DNA from: Macrostomum lignano
Taxonomy: Eukaryota
DNA length: 64,000 bases
Assembly (NCBI GenBank): GCA_002269645.1
Contig: NIVC01001936.1
Location: forward strand, 151,194 to 215,193
Direction of reading: 5' to 3'
Shown piece by piece: positions 1-11,339 of this stretch. The stretch's first letter is position 1, and each line of letters begins with the position of its first letter. The notes under the pieces are model-generated. The model saw nothing but the letters and a program-made list of their open reading frames with translations, was not told the origin of the DNA and did no database searches. Made by a program: the position numbers and the translations under genes.

Positions 1-343
1 AACAACTGCCCAAACAGGTTATGGCTTAGTAATACCCTGGAGGGCCAAGTCGCGACATGCACTCTGCCTCCCTGATTAGATCGCTAAGACCTCAGTAACA
101 ATTATTAGACAATTCTTTGTGATATTCCATACAATAGAGAGCATGTATTGCTTTTAAATCGATAAAATTTTCCTAATATATGTATGCGTGTAACCTGAGG
201 GAGATTATATTAGAACAGATAATATAATTGTACTCATTGCAAGGATTAAAATTGGTGCAAAATGTCCCTGTCTGTTGATAAATATTCATATTCATGTGCG
301 AACTTGCTGGATTCGGTGTCTATATACTTGCGTTGCGTATACG

Positions 344-1193
344 AGATTGGGAGAGAGCGGAAAAAATAGAGAGGGAGAGAGCGGAAAAGATCGGGAGAGA
401 GCGGAAAAGATTGGAGGAGGGAGCGGAAAAGATCGGGAGAGAGCGGAAAGAATAGGAAGAGAGCGGAAAAGATCGGGAGAGAGCGGAGAAGATTGGGAGA
501 GAGCGGAAAGGATAGAGAGAGAGCGGAGAAGATCGGGAGGGAGCGGAAAAGATTGGAGGTGAGAGCGGAAAAGATCAGAAGAGAGCGGAAAAGATCAGAA
601 GAAAGTGGAAAATATCGTGAGAGAGCGGAAAACATCGTGAGAGAGCGGAAAAGATTGTAGGAGGGAGCGGAAAAGATCGGGAAAGAGTGGAAAAGATCGG
701 GAGAGAGCGGAAAACATCGTGAGAGAGCGGAAAAGATTGGAGGAGGGAGCGGAAAAGATCGGGAAAGAGTGGAAAAGATCGGGAGAGAGCGGAAAGAATA
801 GGAAGATAGCGGAAAAGATTGGAGGTGAGAGCGGAAAAGATCGAAGGAGAGAGCGGAAAAGATCAGAAGAGAGCGGAATATATAGACAGAGCGGAAAGGA
901 TCGGGAGAGAGCGGAAAGGATCGGGAGAGAGCGGAAAGGATCGGGAGAGAGCGGAAAGGATCGGGAGAGAGCGGAAAGGATCGGGAGAGAGCGGAAAGGA
1001 TCGGGAGAGAGCGGAAAGGATCGGGAGAGAGCGGAAAGGATCGGGAGAGAGCGGAAAGGATCGGGAGAGAGCGGAAAGGATCGGGAGAGAGCGGAAAGGA
1101 TCGGGAGAGAGCGGAAAGGATCGGGAGAGAGCGGAAAGGATCGGGAGAGAGCGAAAGGATCGGGAGAGAGCGGAAACGATGGGAAGAGAGCGG
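344..1193. repeat. 20-bp purine-rich minisatellite (GGGAGAGAGCGGAAAGGATC)n, in intron 1 of the forkhead gene
   Basis: Direct tandem periodicity of 20 nt, homogeneous from about 890 to 1150 and more degenerate to the left. Confidence 0.95.
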
Positions 1194-1212
1194 TGTTAGA
1201 ACTATGACTCAC

Positions 1213-1861
1213 CAATATAGCTGTGATTTGGCTTTGGTTCCTCCCGGAAGAAGAGCGAAGCCGGCAGGAACTGCCTGGGATCCGCCCCAGCCGCCGTGGC
1301 CTTGTAGATCAAATCAGCCGTTGCGGCAGAGACGTGCGGCGGTAGAAACGCCGGGTGCGGCGTCGGAGGAGGCTGATGTGGAAAGCTCTGCTGCTGGTGA
1401 TGCTGCTGCTGGTGCTGCTGTTGCTGCTGCTGGTGCTGCTGTTGCTGCTGCTGCGGCGGGTGCGGCGGGTGCGGCAGCGGGTGCAGATGGGGCGGCGGAC
1501 CGCCAGCGGCAGCGGCAGCAGCGGCGGCAGCAGCCAGAAATCCTGGCGGCGGCGGCCTGAAGGCTCCGACAGGCGGTGGCAAGAAGAAATGCGGATGCTG
1601 CGCCAGGTGATGCGGCGAGTTCAGGGCGGCGCCGGGCTCACAAGCTGCGGCTCCGCTGGCAGTTGATGAGGCGCTGGAGGCTGCCGCCGCGGCCGCTGCT
1701 GCAGCGGCTCTCACGGCGAGAAACGATGGCAAAGAAGGCGACGCGCTGGCAGCTTGCAGCAGCGGCGGCGGTGGCAGCTGCTGGTGTTGTTGCTTTTGCT
1801 GATGATGCGCTGAAGCAGACGATGCGGGTCGCTCGTCGGCCGAATCGGGCTCAGTTGACAT
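1213..1861 (-). CDS. FoxQ2: Forkhead-box transcription factor, FoxQ2/fd102C-like; first coding exon (remaining exons lie left of the window)
   Basis: ATG at 1861, then a Q/A/P/H low-complexity N-terminus ending FFREEPKPNHSYI-G, the start of forkhead helix 1 (the fd102C type reads EEPKPQHSYIGLIAMAI). A GTGAGT donor follows immediately at 1212-1207 (phase 1). The subfamily is judged from about 12 residues only. Confidence 0.75.
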
Positions 1862-2561
1862 GTCTGCTTGCTGTTGTGCGAGGACTTGGATAGTTAGTGT
1901 ACACTGATTCGGGCCAGTTTTGAAATGCTGGATGAAGTGGCTGCCGCTCTCTGGCGGCAATCGGTTTTGTGAGCAGTTTGAGCTCAGGAGAGCTGGGGGA
2001 GCGGGGCTTGGGACAGGCGGGAGGCGGAGGAAGGGCTCGGATTGGCTGCCGGGGGGTAGGAGGGGGTGTGGGGCTACTCAGAACCAGACTCAAGTTGTCG
2101 GACCCTCTCCCCCAACCCATCCTCCGCCACCTCCTCGACAAGTTTCACCTCTCTTTCCCGTTGAAGTCAGTCAAGTTCTCAAAAGCTTCTCTCTGAAGGC
2201 GCCTCTGAGTCCCGCTGGACTCTGCTGGAAGCTGCGACTGCCGGGCACTGCACTGCGAGAGGTGCCTCTCCGCACAGCGTGGTACCTCTCGCCGATGTGT
2301 GTGCGTTTTTGAGAAGTTTAACTGTCAAAATCAGCTGGATATTTCGCTTATTCTATTGTCTGAGCAGGGACAAGAGATTAACGGTTTAAAATATGAATAA
2401 ATATTTATCACTGTGTCGTGCCAAAGTTTAACGGGATCAGCGGGAGGTCGAATCTCGTGACATAGATGATAGTGAAATTTGTTAATAACGATATTGTCAG
2501 TGGATATGCAGTCATGACTATGACTTCATTTGTTAAAGTTTTCACCGTTTGTGCTGCAAAA

Positions 2562-3585
2562 GCGCGCTTATGACACTGCGCGCTTATGACACCGGGCGCT
2601 TATGACACTGCGCGCTTATGACACTGCGCGCTTATGACACTGCGCGCTTATGACACTGCGCGCTTATGACACAGCGTGCTTATGATACCGCGCGCTTATG
2701 ACACTGCGCGCTTATGACACTTCGCGCTTATGACACTGCGCGCTTATGACACTGCGCGCTTATGGCACTGCGCGCTTATGATACCGCGCGCTTATGACAC
2801 TGCGCGCTTATGACACTTCGCGCTTATGACACTGCGCGCTTATGACACTGCGCGCTTATGATACCGCGCGCTTATGACACTGCGCGCTTATGACACTTCG
2901 CGCTTATGACACTGCGCGCTTATGACACTGCGCGCTTATGGCTCTGCGCGCTTATGATACCGCGCGCTTATGACACTGCGCGCTTATGACACTGCGCGCT
3001 TATGGCACTGCGCGCTTATGATACCGCGCGCTTATGACACTGCGCGCTTATGACACTTCGCGCTTATGACACTGCGCGCTTATGACACTGCGCGCTTATG
3101 ACACTGCGCGCTTATGACACTGCGCGCTTATGACACTTCGCGCTTATGACACTGCGCGCTTATGACACTTCGCGCTTATGGCACTGCGCGCTTATGATAC
3201 CGCGCGCTTATGACACTGCGCGCTTATGACACTGCGCGCTTATGACACTGCGCGCTTATGACACTTCGCGCTTATGACACTTCGCGCTTATGACACTGCG
3301 CGCTTATGACACTGCGCGCTTATGACACTGCGCGCTTATGACACTGCGCGCTTATGACACTGCGCGCTTATGACACTGCGCGCTTATGACACTGCGCGCT
3401 TATGACACTGCGCGCTTATGACACTGCGTTTATTATGACACTGCGCTTATGATACCGCGCGCTTATTATGATACTGCGCGCTCATAACAGATGACACTGC
3501 GCTTATGATACCGCGCGCTTATTATGATACTGCGCGCTCATAACAGATGACACTGCGCTTATTATGACACTGCGCTTAAGACACT
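2562..3585. repeat. 16-bp CpG-rich minisatellite (GCGCGCTTATGACACT)n
   Basis: About 60 copies with recurrent variant units (TTCGCG, ATACCG, GGCACT). Confidence 0.95.
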
Positions 3586-4169
3586 GAATAAAATATGAAA
3601 ACAACCTCAGAGACCACGGGCAGACACTTGAGTTATATTTGAAAACACGGAGACCCTCATTTCAATTCAACTTTATTAAAGCAAACTGTTTATTGTTCTA
3701 TCGATTCTGTACACACCAATATACATGCTTTCAACATGTTTCGAGTGCTTCTCTTCTCTCTCTTGCCACACTTAACTCGAATTCAGTTGCGACACACTTA
3801 GGCCCACATTGGCTCAAACTCTGTCGTGTTAGATACGGTATATGAAACTGCTACATACACGAGGCTTGAGAGACCGTACAATGACCCCCACTGTGATCTT
3901 GGCGCCAATTCCAAATACCCTCTATTATGGCTCCTATTGTCAGGCAGTGTGTTGTATTGCCCCGAAAAAAATTAATACAACATACGGCCGCATCTTAAGT
4001 TGTCTGTCTGTGTTTTGACAATTGTCAAAACTGGCCATGTTATGTTATTTGAAAACTTGTAGGTTCTTTCTGCTCCCACTCGTCCAGATTATTGGCGTTT
4101 TTCAGGGGCTTGAGCCATCCCCCATTGCAAGTAGGCTGGCAAACTCTGTGGCGCCTCCTACGCAGCTGA

Positions 4170-4610
4170 CTAGGCGCCCCCTTGGCGCCTCTTGATGCTG
4201 GCGCCCCGTCACGATGGCGCCCCTTGATGCTGGCGCCCCGTCACGATGGCGCTCCTTGATGCTGGCGTCCCCACAATGGTGCCCCTTGATGCTGGCGCCC
4301 CGTCACGATGGCGCTCCTTGATGCTGGCGTCCCCACAATGGTGCCCCTTGATGCTGGCGCCCCCACGATGGCGCCCCTTGATGCTGGCGCCTCCACAATC
4401 GCGCTCCTTGATACTGGCGCCCCCACGATGGCGCCCCTTGATGCTGGCGCCCCCTCGCGATGGCGCTCCTTGATACTGGCGCCCCCACGATGGCGCCCCT
4501 TGATGCTGGCGCCCCCTCGCGATGGCGCTCCTTGATGCTGGCGCCCTCACGATGGCGCCCCTTGATGCTGGCGCCTCCACAATCGCGCTCCTTGATACTG
4601 GCGCCCCCAC
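4170..4610. repeat. About 31-bp GGCGCCCC-containing minisatellite running into the assembly gap
   Basis: Units resemble GATGGCGCCCCTTGATGCTGGCGCCCCCAC; the array is truncated by Ns at 4611. Confidence 0.9.
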
Positions 4611-5224
4611 NNNNNNNNNNNNNNNNNNNNNNNNNNNNNNNNNNNNNNNNNNNNNNNNNNNNNNNNNNNNNNNNNNNNNNNNNNNNNNNNNNNNNNNNNN
4701 NNNNNNNNNNNNNNNNNNNNNNNNNNNNNNNNNNNNNNNNNNNNNNNNNNNNNNNNNNNNNNNNNNNNNNNNNNNNNNNNNNNNNNNNNNNNNNNNNNNN
4801 NNNNNNNNNNNNNNNNNNNNNNNNNNNNNNNNNNNNNNNNNNNNNNNNNNNNNNNNNNNNNNNNNNNNNNNNNNNNNNNNNNNNNNNNNNNNNNNNNNNN
4901 NNNNNNNNNNNNNNNNNNNNNNNNNNNNNNNNNNNNNNNNNNNNNNNNNNNNNNNNNNNNNNNNNNNNNNNNNNNNNNNNNNNNNNNNNNNNNNNNNNNN
5001 NNNNNNNNNNNNNNNNNNNNNNNNNNNNNNNNNNNNNNNNNNNNNNNNNNNNNNNNNNNNNNNNNNNNNNNNNNNNNNNNNNNNNNNNNNNNNNNNNNNN
5101 NNNNNNNNNNNNNNNNNNNNNNNNNNNNNNNNNNNNNNNNNNNNNNNNNNNNNNNNNNNNNNNNNNNNNNNNNNNNNNNNNNNNNNNNNNNNNNNNNNNN
5201 NNNNNNNNNNNNNNNNNNNNNNNN
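4611..5224. other. Assembly gap (614 N)
   Basis: Run of N. Confidence 1.
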
Positions 5225-5322
5225 AAAGCAAACGAAGCGCGAAGTCTATAAGAAGTCAGAAGTCACGTCACAACATCTGTGCAACATCTGTCACAACATC
5301 TATTTAGATACTTTCAATATAG

Positions 5323-6016
5323 TGTTGGGCTGCGCCTTCAGTGTGTATGTACTGTACTTTGTTTTCAGTTTTCATGCCACCCCGCCCCGTCCCCCGTCTC
5401 GCGCCCGGGCCAGGGTTTGTGAGAGGCGTAAGTCTCAACCCTGGCCTAGCCCTTTGCACCCAGCCCCCGGCCCAATCTCTGTCCAATCTGGGTGCCCCCC
5501 CCTCCCTCGTTGCCCGCCTCACCCTGGGGCTGCTCGTATTGGCTGGCTGGCTGATAAGCCGGCTGGGCCCCAGGGTTTGGCTCGCCGTCTCCATTCTGCC
5601 CCACCCTCTCCCCTTTTTTGTGTATTATTTAAATGCTAGCCCTGAGCGGGCTGCGCTCCACGTTTGCTCTCTATTGGTGTCCGCTTCGTTCTTACTGTTT
5701 TTGCGTTCATCGGCGTACCTCTGCCTTCGCGTGCCAATAACTGCTTCGGGCCAATAAACGCTTCGTGTTAACTCGATATATCAAGAGGAGGTGAGCTCGA
5801 GCTTTCGTTCTTCTGGGTTGCCGCGTGGGGCCGGGATCTGCAGGGACCTGGGAACGGTGAACTCTCGCCGATCCCAGGGTGTTCGGTCAGGCGAACTCTC
5901 GCCGAACCGAGCGAGACAGGGTAGGAATAGCCGGGGTGAGGGCTGGGACAGGGGTGTCTCAGGCGGGAGGGCCCGAACCTTGACCCGTCCAGCGGCCATT
6001 AGGCCGAGACACAACA
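5323..6016 (+). repeat. 5' LTR (694 bp)
   Basis: Starts TGTTGGGCTG and ends ACACAACA; homologous to 13257-13982. TATTTAAA at 5626-5633 and AATAAA at 5753-5758. Confidence 0.95.
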
Positions 6017-6018
6017 AG

Positions 6019-6036
6019 TGGTGCCGTGACCAGGAT
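6019..6036 (+). promoter_or_regulatory. Primer-binding site, probably tRNA-His
   Basis: TGGTGCCGTGACCAGGAT lies 2 nt after the LTR and is complementary to the ...TCACGGCACCA 3' end typical of eukaryotic tRNA-His. Confidence 0.85.
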
Positions 6037-6140
6037 CAGCGGTCCTCTCCCCTGCTGTCCTGCCGTGTGTTTAGGGTTGTGTGTGTTGCCTAGTTTATTT
6101 GTGTGTTGTTTGCTTCGGTTGTCTCTGTGTTTTTGTAGCC

Positions 6141-7121
6141 ATGGCCAATTTAGACGATCTGATTGACGCCCTGACGGCGCGTCTGCAAAACGAACTTAAT
6201 GTGGCACAGCGGGTGCCGAGGCCAAATAAGTACGTGCCCACACAGGACTTTGCCCTTTGGATGCAACAATTCACAGGGTATTGTGAGGCGGCTCATATTC
6301 TAGGGGATCAGCGCAAGCAGGCGCTGCTCAGTCTGCTTGACTTTAATACTGCTTTTAAGGCTGTTGCGAATCTTGAGTTGGCCGATGATTTGCCGTATGA
6401 TGAGTTTGTTGAGCAGCTAGAAGCTAGGTTTGATGAGAATAGGACTGCTCAAGATTACAAGACCGAGTTCCAGAGTAGGAATCAGAAAGATGGCGAGCCC
6501 ATTGAAGAATATGCAGACGTGCTCAAGGAGCTTATGAGAAAATCGTACCCAATGCTGCCAGCGGCCCAGCGAGAAGAGTTGGTGAAAGACAGGTTTTTGA
6601 AGGGGATTCGGGTGCCAGCCCGGGTGCTGGAGAGCGTGCTGCTGCAAGCGCCAGAGACGCTCCAGGACGCTATTAGGCGGGTGCGTCAAGTGAGGGCATC
6701 GTTGGCTCTGATGGAGCCCGAGGGTAAGCGAGCTGTGCACATGGTGGGGGGTCAGGCCGCAGCGGCTGGCAACAGCCAGGAGTCCAGGGCAGCCGCCGAG
6801 ATAGCAGCTCTGAAAGCGGAAGTGGCTCAGCTAAAAGCAAGTGCTGCAGCGCCCACTGCGCCGATGGCGACAGCAAGGTCTGAGCAGCCAAAAGTGAGCT
6901 TGCAGCATCGAGCCCCTGAGCAGAGTCAGCAGCAGAGGCAGTGTGGTCGGTGCCTGCAGACAGGGCATACTACGGCTCGGTGCCGTAATGCAGTGGTCTG
7001 CCGGGAGTGTGGCCAGTCAGGGCACATGCGCAACCGCTGCTATCGTCGGTGGGACCAGTCGGGTTCGGGAAACGGATTGGGGGCTCGGCCGGGGCACCCG
7101 TCCGGGCCCCAGCGTCAGTGA
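6141..7121 (+). CDS. gag: Gag (326 aa) with two CCHC zinc knuckles
   Basis: ATG in GCCATGG context; capsid-like QxxxExIxEY region; CGRCLQTGHTTARC and CRECGQSGHMRNRC. Confidence 0.95.
   Translation: MANLDDLIDALTARLQNELNVAQRVPRPNKYVPTQDFALWMQQFTGYCEAAHILGDQRKQALLSLLDFNTAFKAVANLELADDLPYDEFVEQLEARFDENRTAQDYKTEFQSRNQKDGEPIEEYADVLKELMRKSYPMLPAAQREELVKDRFLKGIRVPARVLESVLLQAPETLQDAIRRVRQVRASLALMEPEGKRAVHMVGGQAAAAGNSQESRAAAEIAALKAEVAQLKASAAAPTAPMATARSEQPKVSLQHRAPEQSQQQRQCGRCLQTGHTTARCRNAVVCRECGQSGHMRNRCYRRWDQSGSGNGLGARPGHPSGPQRQ
7067..7110 (+). promoter_or_regulatory. Programmed -1 ribosomal frameshift signal (gag-pol)
   Basis: Heptamer G GGA AAC (7067-7073) in the gag frame, 6-nt spacer, then a 9-bp GC stem 7080-7088/7102-7110. 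The -1 frame stays open toward the protease. Confidence 0.8.
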
Positions 7122-10100
7122 ATCCGGGTGCATCGGGGGCCGCGGCCTTGTCCCAGAGTGTGCTGAGTCGGCAGGGACTGGGCTATGTGGATGCACAGTT
7201 TAGGTTTGGGCCCCGATTGCATGTCTGCTTGACAGCGGGGCCACCGTGTCGTTGTTAAGCAACCGTTTCCTGAAGTCTAAAAAGCCGACATTGACTTATT
7301 GCCGAATTTGCCGAATTTTTCCGTTTTCGCTGCCAATGGGGAACCGATTGCTGTACATGGAATGGTGACGATGAAGTTTTCTGTTGGGGACACCGAGTTT
7401 TTGCACGAGTTCGCTGTGGTCGAGGAACTGGCTGTGGCATGTATTCTGGGCACTGACTTTTTCGTGAGACACGGGATGGCGATTGACTTTGCTAGGAATT
7501 GCTTGCAGACTGCATCCTGTGTGTATCCGTTTCGCTTATCAGCAGATAAGCCGCGTCTTTGCCGTCTGGTGCTGAGTCAGCCTGAGCAGTTCAATGCAGG
7601 TCAAGAGAAGGTGGTGCACGTCAGGTTGCAGAGAAGGGTTCCCTCTGGGGTTCAGTTCCTAGGCATTGTGGAGTCTGAGAGGAGAGTGAGTAACGAGCAG
7701 ATGGTGGCCAGATCGGTACAGATGCCTGACGGGGACGGTCGCTTGGCTGTCAGGGTGTTGAACACGTCAGGATGCAGTCTGTCATTAAGGAAGGGAAGCC
7801 GAATTGGTTGGTTCTCCCCAGTGGCGGCCCAGCAGCCAGCTGGGTGGCAGGTGAACTCGGTGGAGAGTGTCCGAGACGACTGGAACCCCCTCAGCGATGT
7901 CAAGGAGTGGGGAGGATGTGGCCTGACGGGCGATGAGAAGCACGAGTTTGAGCGCCTGATGGCTCGGAATCGTGATGTCTTTGCCAGGGATAGCTCGGAG
8001 TTGGGACAGTCACACTTGATGGCGCATGAGATTGACACCGGCAACGCCAAGCCAGTAAGTCAGCCCGCGCGTAGGATTCCACCGCGCTGGAAGGAGGAAA
8101 TTGATAAGCAGGTTGATGAGTTGTTGCAGCAGGATCGCATCTATCCCTGCTACTCTCCGTGGGCGAGCCCGATCGTGCCGGTTAAAAAGGCCGACGGTAG
8201 CTTGAGGTTGTGTCTAGACTATCGGCGCCTTAACGAGGTCACAGTGCCAGATCCTTACCCACCGCCGCGGATGGACGAGACGCTTGATGCGCTAGGAGGG
8301 AACTGTGTTTTCTCGACGATGGATCTGGCCTCCGGCTATCATCAGTGCCCGATTGAGCCGAAGGACCAGTTGAAAACGGCGTTCGTGGTACCCAACAGGG
8401 GTCAGTTCGCCTGGAAGTGCATGAGTTTTGGCTTGCGCAATGCTCCCGCTACGTTCGCCAGGCTAATGTCTATGGCCCTGTCTGAGGTTAACTGGAAGGA
8501 GTGCCTGGTGTACTTTGACGATATAGTCGTGTTCGCCAAGTCGGTGGGTCAGCATCTCGAGCGATTGAAGCATGTTTTCCAGTGCCTGAGGGATGCCAAT
8601 GTCAAGCTGAAGCCCGCCAAGTGTGTGTTCCTCGCAGAGCGGGTGAAGTTTCTGGGCCACATCGTCTCTCAGGAGGGGATCGCAACGGATCCGAGCAAGT
8701 GCGAGGAGATCCAGAATTGGCCGAGGCCATGTAGCGCCAAGAAGGTGCAGGCATTCCTGGGTACGTGCGCCTACTATCAGTCATTTATCCCGCAGTTTTC
8801 AGAGATTGCAGCGCCGCTGTATAGGTTAACCGCAGACGGAGTGAAGTTTGAGTGGGGTAGTGAAGAGGAGAGCTCGTTTTGCAGGCTGAAAGACGCTTTG
8901 TGTTCACCGAATGTGATGGCATTCCCGGATTTTTCGCCTGGTGCCGGGGAGTTCATCCTCGACACGGACGCCAGTTCGCGCGTCGGGCTGGGAGCCGTCC
9001 TGTCACAGCGTCAAGCAGATGGCCGTGAGAAGGTGATCGCTTACGGGTCTAGGATGATTCATGCGGCGGAGAAAAATTATTGCACCACCAGGTTAGAGTT
9101 GCTTGCCGTCGTGCACTTCGTCAAAAAGTATAGGTACTATTTGTTAGGTAGAAAGTTCACTGTTCGTTCAGACCACAAAGCTTTGCAGTGGCTAGCCAGT
9201 CTGAAGGACGTAGAGGGTCAGTGCGCAAGGTGGCTTGAGTCGCTCCAGAACTTCGACTTTGAGATCATTCACAGGCCAGGCAAGGAGCACGGCAACGCTG
9301 ATTCGCTGTCTCGCAAGTACCGAAAACACGCTGGCCATGAGAGCTGCCCTAGCTGCCAGTTTAGCGAGAATGTGCCAGTAGTGAACGCGGTGTTTGGCAG
9401 TGGGCTGTCTTCGAAGGAAGTCCAGCAGGCGCAAGTGGCCGAGAAGAAGCTTGCAGCTGTCCGCTCCTATGCCCTGGACCCGGGTTCGAACCCCAGTGCG
9501 CCTAGAGTGATGTCGTGGGAGGAGCGTGTGCTGTGGGCACAACGGCAGCTGATAAGAGTAGAGTCTGATCTGTTGTATTTTCAGAGTCCCGGGAGTGGGT
9601 GCCAGAAAAAGATCTTGCTGCCGCCGGCTTTGCTGCCGAAAGTGCTCAGTGAGCTTCATGATGGGGTTGCAGGAGGGCACCTTGGGGTTAGGAAGACACA
9701 AGAGAAAGTGAAGGCGAGATACTGGTGGCCGGGGCTGAGTCGTTCCGTGGAAGAGTATTGCCGGAGCTGTGTCCACTGTGCGAAGGCGAAGCCTGGGCGC
9801 AGCAACCGGGCGCCTTTGCAGCCAATCTGCTCGGAAGGAGCTTTCCAGAGGATCATGAGTGACATTGTCGGGCCGTTGCCCAAGTCCAGAGGTGGCAATC
9901 GATTCGTGCTGACAATCCAGGATTCTTTTACTAAGTGGCCGGTGGCGGTGCCCTTGTCCAATCAGCGAGCCCCGACGGTGGCGCGAGCGATTTTTGATCA
10001 CTGGATTGCGCACTTTGGTTGTCCTGAATTTCTAGTCACCGATAAGGGCACCAATTTTGAGTCGGCTTTGATGAAGCAGTTGTGTCGGTTGCTTGCCGTT

Positions 10101-11002
10101 AAGAAATGCAGAACGTCCTCCTATCACCCGATGGCTGATGGTCAGGCTGAGAGTTTCAATAAGACGTTGAAGTCAATGATCAAGTGCAGGATGAGTGAGT
10201 CGGTGGGCGAAGGAGACTGGGAGGATCTGATCCACCCGTCTCTCATGGCGTACCGTAGCAGCGTTCACAGAGGCACGGGGTACACCCCGTACTACATGCT
10301 GTACGCCAGGGAGATGCGGCTTCCAGTGGACATCGGAACCTTGCCTGAGTCCATTCCTGCCAGTGCTCCGGCGTATGTTCAGTCATTAGGTAATAGTCTG
10401 GCTGAGGCTCATTCGCAGGTGCGGACCAACCTGCAGCAGTACCAGAGGAAACAGAAAGTGCTGTACGACTCAAGGGTGCGAGGCCCGGCCATAGAAGTGG
10501 GGATGCCGTCCTAGAATACTCGCCTGCGCTGCAGGCAGGGGAGGCAGCCAAGTTCCATTGCAATTGGAAGGGGCCGGCGAAGGTGTTAGAGAAGATATCC
10601 GATTTGAATTACCGGGTAAAGCACGCCAATAGGGGAAAGAGCAAAATAGTGCATTATAATAATTTGCGAAAAGTACCCGAGCGGCCTGAGCAGTTCAGGT
10701 TGATGAATAGGCATACGGCAGTGCAGCGCCGGTCGGCGCATCCGCCTGAGCCGGCAGGGTGCAGACAGGAGCCCGCGGGGCCGGCGACTAAAGAGCCGGA
10801 ACTTGAGGAGGAGGAGGAGTTTTACTCGTATGTGGTGCCACCAGTTGCCGTTGGGCCTCGGCATGGGATAGTAGGGCCGGGAACGCCAGTTGCGCCATGC
10901 GCACCGGTGGCTCCAGCGGCGCCAGCCGTGTCTCCGCGCAGACTGCGCGAGCGTCGGGGTGTGCCCCCAGCGTATTACGGGAATCCGGTATTGTATCGTT
11001 AA
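7073..11002 (+). CDS. pol: Pol polyprotein (protease, RT, RNase H, integrase) with three single-base frameshifts in this sequence
   Basis: LLDSGATVS at 7225-7251; RT motif VYFDD; RNase H FILDTDAS; integrase HHCC finger and D-D-E core; WKGP tail. Frame breaks near 7210, 7290 and 10500. Confidence 0.93.
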
Positions 11003-11339
11003 TTCGCAGTGGGCTCACAAGGCGGTCGTCATAAATTGATTTTTAATATGCACTTGTATTAATGCCTCCACGCTGTTGTCTATGGTAGAAAGCCTAAAAT
11101 AACCTAAAATGAAAAAAATGATACAACCCCAAAGCACAAAAAAATCATAAAATGGAACGCATGGAAAGCACGTAAAAAACATTAAATGTATTAAAATTAC
11201 AAAGTATGCTAGGCAAGAAGCGTTCTCAATCGTATTGTAAAATAAACATGTCATAGGATGGGTCAGGTCAGGGTCACAGTTGCTAGTCCGCAAGGCATAG
11301 GTAGTGATTGGGTTTAAATGTCATCATTGCAGGAGGACC

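Noticed and set aside
246-1215. Several 100-200-aa ORFs on both strands
   Set aside because: Translations of the 20-bp minisatellite; they lie in the forkhead intron.
4209-5307. 260-340-aa ORFs
   Set aside because: Consist mostly of X from the N gap plus repeat-derived sequence.
11015-11293. Hydrophobic 92-aa antisense ORF between pol and ORF3, a possible membrane protein
   Set aside because: Hydrophobicity follows from the A-rich plus strand; no homology or splice support.
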